Source of the DNA: a virus
Length of the DNA stretch: 30,949 nt
UHGV virus genome: UHGV-1530050
Direction: 5' to 3' (one strand)
In this document: positions 26,922 through 30,949 of the stretch, piece after piece
How positions within the stretch are numbered: the stretch's first letter is position 1
Layout of the letters: each line of letters opens with the position of its first letter
Notes under the pieces: generated by a model
Seen by the model: only the letters and a program-made list of their open reading frames with translations
Told to the model about the DNA's origin: nothing
The model's database searches: none
Made by a program: the position numbers and the translations under genes

Positions 26922-26988
26922 AATTAACTCTCCTGATTTCGGGCAATAAGATGCCCGGCGGGTTTACGCCATTAAATTTCTGTTTGGA

Positions 26989-27327
26989 TTAATTCGGCAT
27001 GGTTAGCCGTTTGGGAAATAAGCTCACTACTGCACGAAAATGATTCATCGCTGTAATAAGCGCCTTTTTCTCGTCAGTAGTCAGCTCACTTAATTCGAGT
27101 TCATGACGAGCCGCCGGTATTTTTGCCAGAAAGAAAATAGCGGCCAGCGCCCGATTATTTTCTTCAAATTGTGGGTCACGTTTATCGCGCATATCATCGA
27201 CAAAACGTTCAACCTCTTTCCAGCTATCGCCCCAATATCTCGCGCGCAATTCGGCAACATGATTGAGACCGGCCAGACGTTCACCCGCTTTTAGCGGAAC
27301 AGTCGCGGAAACAGCTTCGATAGCCAT
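26989..27327 (-). CDS. Early-operon hypothetical protein (112 aa)
   Basis: ORF within the early operon between the CII-like gene and A. Confidence 0.5.
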   Translation of the reverse strand: MAIEAVSATVPLKAGERLAGLNHVAELRARYWGDSWKEVERFVDDMRDKRDPQFEENNRALAAIFFLAKIPAARHELELSELTTDEKKALITAMNHFRAVVSLFPKRLTMPN

Positions 27328-27497
27328 GATCCCCCCCGCTTTTGAGTAGAGAGGCCAGCCAGTAAATCAGCCTGCGAGTGGCTCGGGTGCCAGCGCTTGC
27401 CGTCCTTACCTGAGATCCAGCCGTGGCCGTAGTGCATGCCGGGGCTTTGCTTAACGAGCAGAGATGCGAATGACGGTTCACTTTTCAGCATACGCAC
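27291..27497 (-). CDS. Small early-operon hypothetical protein (68 aa)
   Basis: Start 1 nt after the stop of the CII-like gene (translational coupling); overlaps the next ORF by 37 nt. Confidence 0.4.
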   Translation of the reverse strand: MRMLKSEPSFASLLVKQSPGMHYGHGWISGKDGKRWHPSHSQADLLAGLSTQKRGGSWLSKLFPRLFR

Positions 27498-27498
27498 C

Positions 27499-28008
27499 TC
27501 AAATCAGACCAAACGATGCGCCAATACCGCTCATGGTATCGACCACGCTCGACATAGCTGGATTAGTCTGCAGACGTGCATGCAGCGCCAGAGCCGACAA
27601 TGACAACATGCGAATGCCGGAGTTAACGCTTTCAATCATGTTGTGCTTACGGGCAATGGTCAGACGTTCATCAGATACCGCGCCGCTCGCCAGTTCGCCG
27701 AGTTCACGCATTGCGCGCATGACATAAGACTGCAATTTGTCTTTAGCCAACTCATTAACCGGCACGCATGGTAGGCAGTGAATCTGCGCTAAAAAACCAT
27801 CAATGAGGGTTGAGTCTTCGGTCAGGTCAGTCAGCAGCCACAATTCAGGCGGCGTGAACTGGTGAGGCTGTTCCGGATTGAGCTTGTTACGTAACGTTTG
27901 AACGTTCATACCTGCACGCTCGGCCAGCTTCGCCATGTTGTGACGCTGTGCGAAAATGCGGCATGCTTCGTCATAGTGGGGATGTTTGGAAACCTGAAAA
28001 TCAAACAT
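27499..28008 (-). CDS. Early regulator with HTH motif, 186 CII-like or P2 B-like (second gene of the early operon)
   Basis: 169 aa from MFDFQ...; probable HTH (MAKLAERAGMNVQTLRNKL); size and position match 186 cII. Family assignment is from memory and uncertain. Confidence 0.6.
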   Translation of the reverse strand: MFDFQVSKHPHYDEACRIFAQRHNMAKLAERAGMNVQTLRNKLNPEQPHQFTPPELWLLTDLTEDSTLIDGFLAQIHCLPCVPVNELAKDKLQSYVMRAMRELGELASGAVSDERLTIARKHNMIESVNSGIRMLSLSALALHARLQTNPAMSSVVDTMSGIGASFGLI

Positions 28009-28040
28009 GGTTAAATTCCCTCTAACTTGCATAATCAAAT

Positions 28041-28412
28041 TCAGTTAAGAGCGGTGCGCTGGTCGATGTAGCGACAATCAATCGCTTGTTGAGTCAACTT
28101 ATCGCGCCATGCTTTTACATTTACGAGGGTTCGGCTTCGTTTAGCAGCTTCCTCTTTGTTGGAAAAGTCTTTGGTCGGAGCTTTGAGAAGGACTCCCTCA
28201 TCGAGCCATTGCCAGACCAGACGCTCGCTAACACCGCGAGTAGCGGCGAAGTCTTTCACAGTCATCGTGTCTGACATAGCGGAGCGAATCATTGTCTGTA
28301 GAGCTGGCAGCATGGCGGTAACGATGGCATCAAACTGTGTTGGATCTAGCAGCACAGTTTGATTTTGTGAGTTTTGCGAGTCGTGCGTCGAGATTGATTT
28401 TGCATCTGACAT
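28041..28412 (-). CDS. Apl/Cox-like HTH excisionase/early repressor (first gene of the lytic operon)
   Basis: 123 aa with AGGAGA RBS; HTH-like segment (MTVKDFAATRGVSERLVWQWL); divergent from cI. Longer than P2 Cox or 186 Apl; an internal start at 28313 is possible but lacks an RBS. Confidence 0.6.
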   Translation of the reverse strand: MSDAKSISTHDSQNSQNQTVLLDPTQFDAIVTAMLPALQTMIRSAMSDTMTVKDFAATRGVSERLVWQWLDEGVLLKAPTKDFSNKEEAAKRSRTLVNVKAWRDKLTQQAIDCRYIDQRTALN

Positions 28413-28475
28413 ATCGCATTATCTCCTGTTGTTTGAAATGTAGTGCAGTGGTGTGCATCTTGGTCGATGAATGCC

Positions 28476-28504
28476 ACTATAGATCGTAAAAAATTTTCTG
28501 TAAA
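28476..28504 (-). promoter_or_regulatory. Candidate sigma70 early lytic promoter (pR/Pe-like)
   Basis: On the - strand: -35 TTTACA (28504..28499), 17-nt spacer, -10 TATAGT (28481..28476), about 65 nt upstream of the Apl-like start. Confidence 0.5.
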
Positions 28505-28533
28505 CACCCATAAAATTATCTGTAGGGGTTTTT

Positions 28534-29394
28534 ATGAGTTCTGAGCTTGATGTTCAGTGGCGTGTTAGTGCAACGAACGGCGTATTGGAACGCTTAATGT
28601 CAGCCTATGGGGTCAAGATGCAAAAGGATTTGGCTGACCTGCTAGGTATCGCTAAACACAGCGTTAGCGGCTGGGTTCAGCGTGATGCAATACCTGGCAA
28701 TGTCATAGTTAGGTGTTGTCTTGACACGGGAGCTGATATCAATTGGCTTGTAAATGGAGAGCTTGCAAATGCAAATCACGAGCGAGTCAGTTGCAAGTTA
28801 AAAGGCAAAGAGCTTTATGACGAGATTATGACGAATGGTGGTAAAACCGTTTTGCGTAGGATTCTTGATGCGTATGGCTTTACCATGCAAAAGGAGCTCG
28901 GTGATTTGCTCGGCATTTCCTCTGGCACAATTAGCACATGGGTAAGGCGAGATTTTTTCCCTGGTGATGTTGTTGTTACATGCGCTCTTGATACCGATAC
29001 GTCACTGGAATGGTTAGCAACAGGCAAGGGGCAAATGCGAGCTAACAGGGAAGATGTCACATCTGGTTTTTCTATTAAAAAATCTCGTCTTGAATCTGGT
29101 GAGCTTAAGGATGCAGGAACGTGGCATCCTGACCCCTCAATGATTCCTTCTAACTCAGGGGAATTGATTTTTGTTGACGGTGTAGCTGCCTCTTGGCTTG
29201 TCGACTGTTCTGCTTCGAATATAAGTAATGGTCGCTGGTTAATTGATATCGACGGCGCTCTTGATGTTTTTGATGTAATTCGTTTACCTGGTGGAAAAGT
29301 CAGGTTGTCAAATAAGTCTGCTGAGTTTGAATGCAACATTACCGACATTACGCCTGCCGGGGTTGTAGTTTTCACATTGGAAAAACACGTATAA
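28534..29394 (+). CDS. cI: CI-type immunity repressor with tandem-duplicated N-terminal HTH domains
   Basis: 286 aa; residues ~14-75 and ~103-165 are clear paralogous copies (LERLMSAYGVKMQKDLADLLGIAKHSVSGWVQRD... vs LRRILDAYGFTMQKELGDLLGISSGTISTWVRRD...), resembling the 186 CI-type HTH domain; AGGGG RBS. Confidence 0.8.
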   Translation: MSSELDVQWRVSATNGVLERLMSAYGVKMQKDLADLLGIAKHSVSGWVQRDAIPGNVIVRCCLDTGADINWLVNGELANANHERVSCKLKGKELYDEIMTNGGKTVLRRILDAYGFTMQKELGDLLGISSGTISTWVRRDFFPGDVVVTCALDTDTSLEWLATGKGQMRANREDVTSGFSIKKSRLESGELKDAGTWHPDPSMIPSNSGELIFVDGVAASWLVDCSASNISNGRWLIDIDGALDVFDVIRLPGGKVRLSNKSAEFECNITDITPAGVVVFTLEKHV

Positions 29395-29402
29395 GGGAAA
29401 TT

Positions 29403-29741
29403 ATGAAACGTAAACTCTTTTTAGCTATGCTTCTTACCTTTTCTTTTGGCTCCTTAGCCGCTGAAAAAAAACAGGATTTAGATGGCGCTAAGTTTGGTGA
29501 GGATTGGCCGTTAACTTTTGAAAAAGCTACGGTGTCTTGCGTTAACGGTAAGTATGCCTTTGTATACGACAAAGCAACTGATGACCGATACCCATTAAAT
29601 GGTTTTGCTATTGATGGAGTAAAGTCTGGAAAGCTTGAGGGGAGCAATATTGATGCTGTTTGGAAAGACAGTCCAGAGTATGCAGGTGTAAAAATTCCTT
29701 TGGATCCTGTAATGGATGCCGCAACAGCACTTTGCGAATAA
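29403..29741 (+). CDS. Secreted small protein, YebY/DUF2511-like (possible lysogenic conversion gene)
   Basis: 112 aa from MKRKLFLAMLLTFSFGSLAAE (signal peptide); W..F..E....C ... YPLN ... SGK ... C-terminal Cys pattern resembles E. coli YebY as I recall it; AAGGGA RBS. Confidence 0.65.
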   Translation: MKRKLFLAMLLTFSFGSLAAEKKQDLDGAKFGEDWPLTFEKATVSCVNGKYAFVYDKATDDRYPLNGFAIDGVKSGKLEGSNIDAVWKDSPEYAGVKIPLDPVMDAATALCE

Positions 29742-29763
29742 TTAGAGTTGCCTCGGTGACATT

Positions 29764-30813
29764 ATGACTGTAAGTAAGCAAAAAAATGGCAAATGGTTAT
29801 GCGAGCTCTATCCAAATGGTCGAGAAGGGCGACGTATACGTCGGCAATTCAATACCAAAGGTGAGGCTGAGGCATTCGAAGCATTTACCAAAAGCGAGAG
29901 TGAAGATAAGCCGTGGCTTGGCAAGAAAGAAGACCGCCGACGCTTAAGCGAGATTATTCAGCTTTGGCACAATTTGCACGGTCAAGCGTTAGTCGCCAGT
30001 AAGTCGAGGTTAGCAAAGCTTCAAATCGTATGTAATGGGCTTGGTGACCCGATTGCATCTCGCCTTACCGCGAAAGACTGGGCTCATTATCGTGACCGTC
30101 GATTACGTGGTGAAATAGACAACGGTTATCATAAAGACCCCTCGAAATGGATCGCCAAACCTATAACCGTCAATCGCGAACAGCAATACCTAGAAGCAGT
30201 GTTTAATGAGCTCCGCCGGTTAGGGGAGTGGAGCCTACCCAATCCACTTGATGGGATTCGAGTATTCAAAGAAGCTGAGAAAGAAATGTCCTGGCTAACT
30301 TTGTCTCAGCTCCCGGAGCTGTTTCGAGCCTGCGAGCAATACGGCAAAGAAGACCTCACCATGATTGTTAAGGTGTGCCTTGCAACCGGCGCTCGATGGG
30401 GGGAGGCGGAGAGATTGACCCGCCCTCAACTTTCTCCATATAAACTGACGTTCACCAAAACCAAAGGTAAGAAGAATCGCACAGTTCCTATTCCTAAATG
30501 GCTGTACGACGAGTTGTCCGAACGTCAGGGCAGAATGTTTAAACCCTGCTATCAGGAGTTTAAAAAGATGCTCAAACTAACGAATATTGAATTGACGGAA
30601 GGGCAGAAGACGCACGTTTTGCGTCATACTTTTGGTGCGCATTTTATGATGAACGGCGGGAATATACTGGTACTGCAGAAAATTCTCGGGCATGCCAATA
30701 TTCGAGAAACAATGAAGTATGCACACTTTGCTCCTGACCACCTTGAACAAGCTGTAACCCTTAATCCGTTATCGCTGTATGTTGGCGACAATATGGCGGC
30801 AGAGGTTGCATAA
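29764..30813 (+). CDS. int: Tyrosine integrase (P2/186 Int family)
   Basis: 349 aa; C-terminal catalytic-domain residues (R...HVLRHTF...KYAHF Tyr); last gene before the att region. Confidence 0.9.
   Translation: MTVSKQKNGKWLCELYPNGREGRRIRRQFNTKGEAEAFEAFTKSESEDKPWLGKKEDRRRLSEIIQLWHNLHGQALVASKSRLAKLQIVCNGLGDPIASRLTAKDWAHYRDRRLRGEIDNGYHKDPSKWIAKPITVNREQQYLEAVFNELRRLGEWSLPNPLDGIRVFKEAEKEMSWLTLSQLPELFRACEQYGKEDLTMIVKVCLATGARWGEAERLTRPQLSPYKLTFTKTKGKKNRTVPIPKWLYDELSERQGRMFKPCYQEFKKMLKLTNIELTEGQKTHVLRHTFGAHFMMNGGNILVLQKILGHANIRETMKYAHFAPDHLEQAVTLNPLSLYVGDNMAAEVA
30783..30806. repeat. Two copies of the TGGCG(G/A)CA motif in the int 3' end; candidate att core/arm sites
   Basis: tggcgacaata (30783-30793) and tggcggcagaggt (30794-30806); caaWWtggcggcagagRttg matches 84..103 at 17/20. 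Confidence 0.4.
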
Positions 30814-30949
30814 CACTGCAATTCACTGCATTAAAAATTACTTTAACTAGTTGTTTTTTATGGTAAGTATTTGTTTATTGTGGTCTGTTAATAGGAGCGT
30901 CTTAACTAAGATTTCGCTTAAGCGACATCCTGTTAAGAAGGGCTGGCCA

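Noticed and set aside
1-30949. CRISPR arrays, tRNA/tmRNA genes, IS elements or invertible tail-fibre segment
   Set aside because: No regularly spaced repeat-spacer structure, no tRNA-like sequence with a CCA or T-arm motif, no transposase or invertase ORF was seen; the only repeats are the short att-region and cos-proximal motifs described.

Overview
The window is essentially one complete P2/186-family temperate myovirus genome (prophage or linearised phage), reversed relative to the canonical P2 map: ogr/B-like late activator at the left edge, then the tail (D, U, T, E+E', FII, FI, G, H), baseplate (I, J, W, V), tail completion (S, R), lysis (spanins, endolysin, holin), head (X, L, M, N, O), terminase P and portal Q, an internal 186-type cos site, a rolling-circle replication gene A with small early genes, an Apl/CII-like early operon, a divergent CI repressor and a tyrosine integrase at the right edge. 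All calls rest on reading the ORF translations, gene order and start/stop coupling; no database search was run. The backbone is GC-rich, and three AT-rich cargo genes of unknown function sit in recognised P2-family accessory slots: one antisense between S and V (11063..11926), and two flanking cos between Q and A (20815..21819 with an HExxH motif; 22294..23235). These are the best candidates for an undescribed accessory system, such as anti-phage defence or lysogenic conversion. Other notable features are a near-consensus LexA box upstream of a Tum/DinI-like frame split by an in-frame amber codon, a CI repressor with a tandem-duplicated HTH domain, a YebY-like secreted protein between cI and int, a canonical T_TTT_TTG -1 frameshift site for E/E', and short repeat arrays at both window ends that probably mark the att region. 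No tRNA, rRNA, CRISPR array or IS element was seen.
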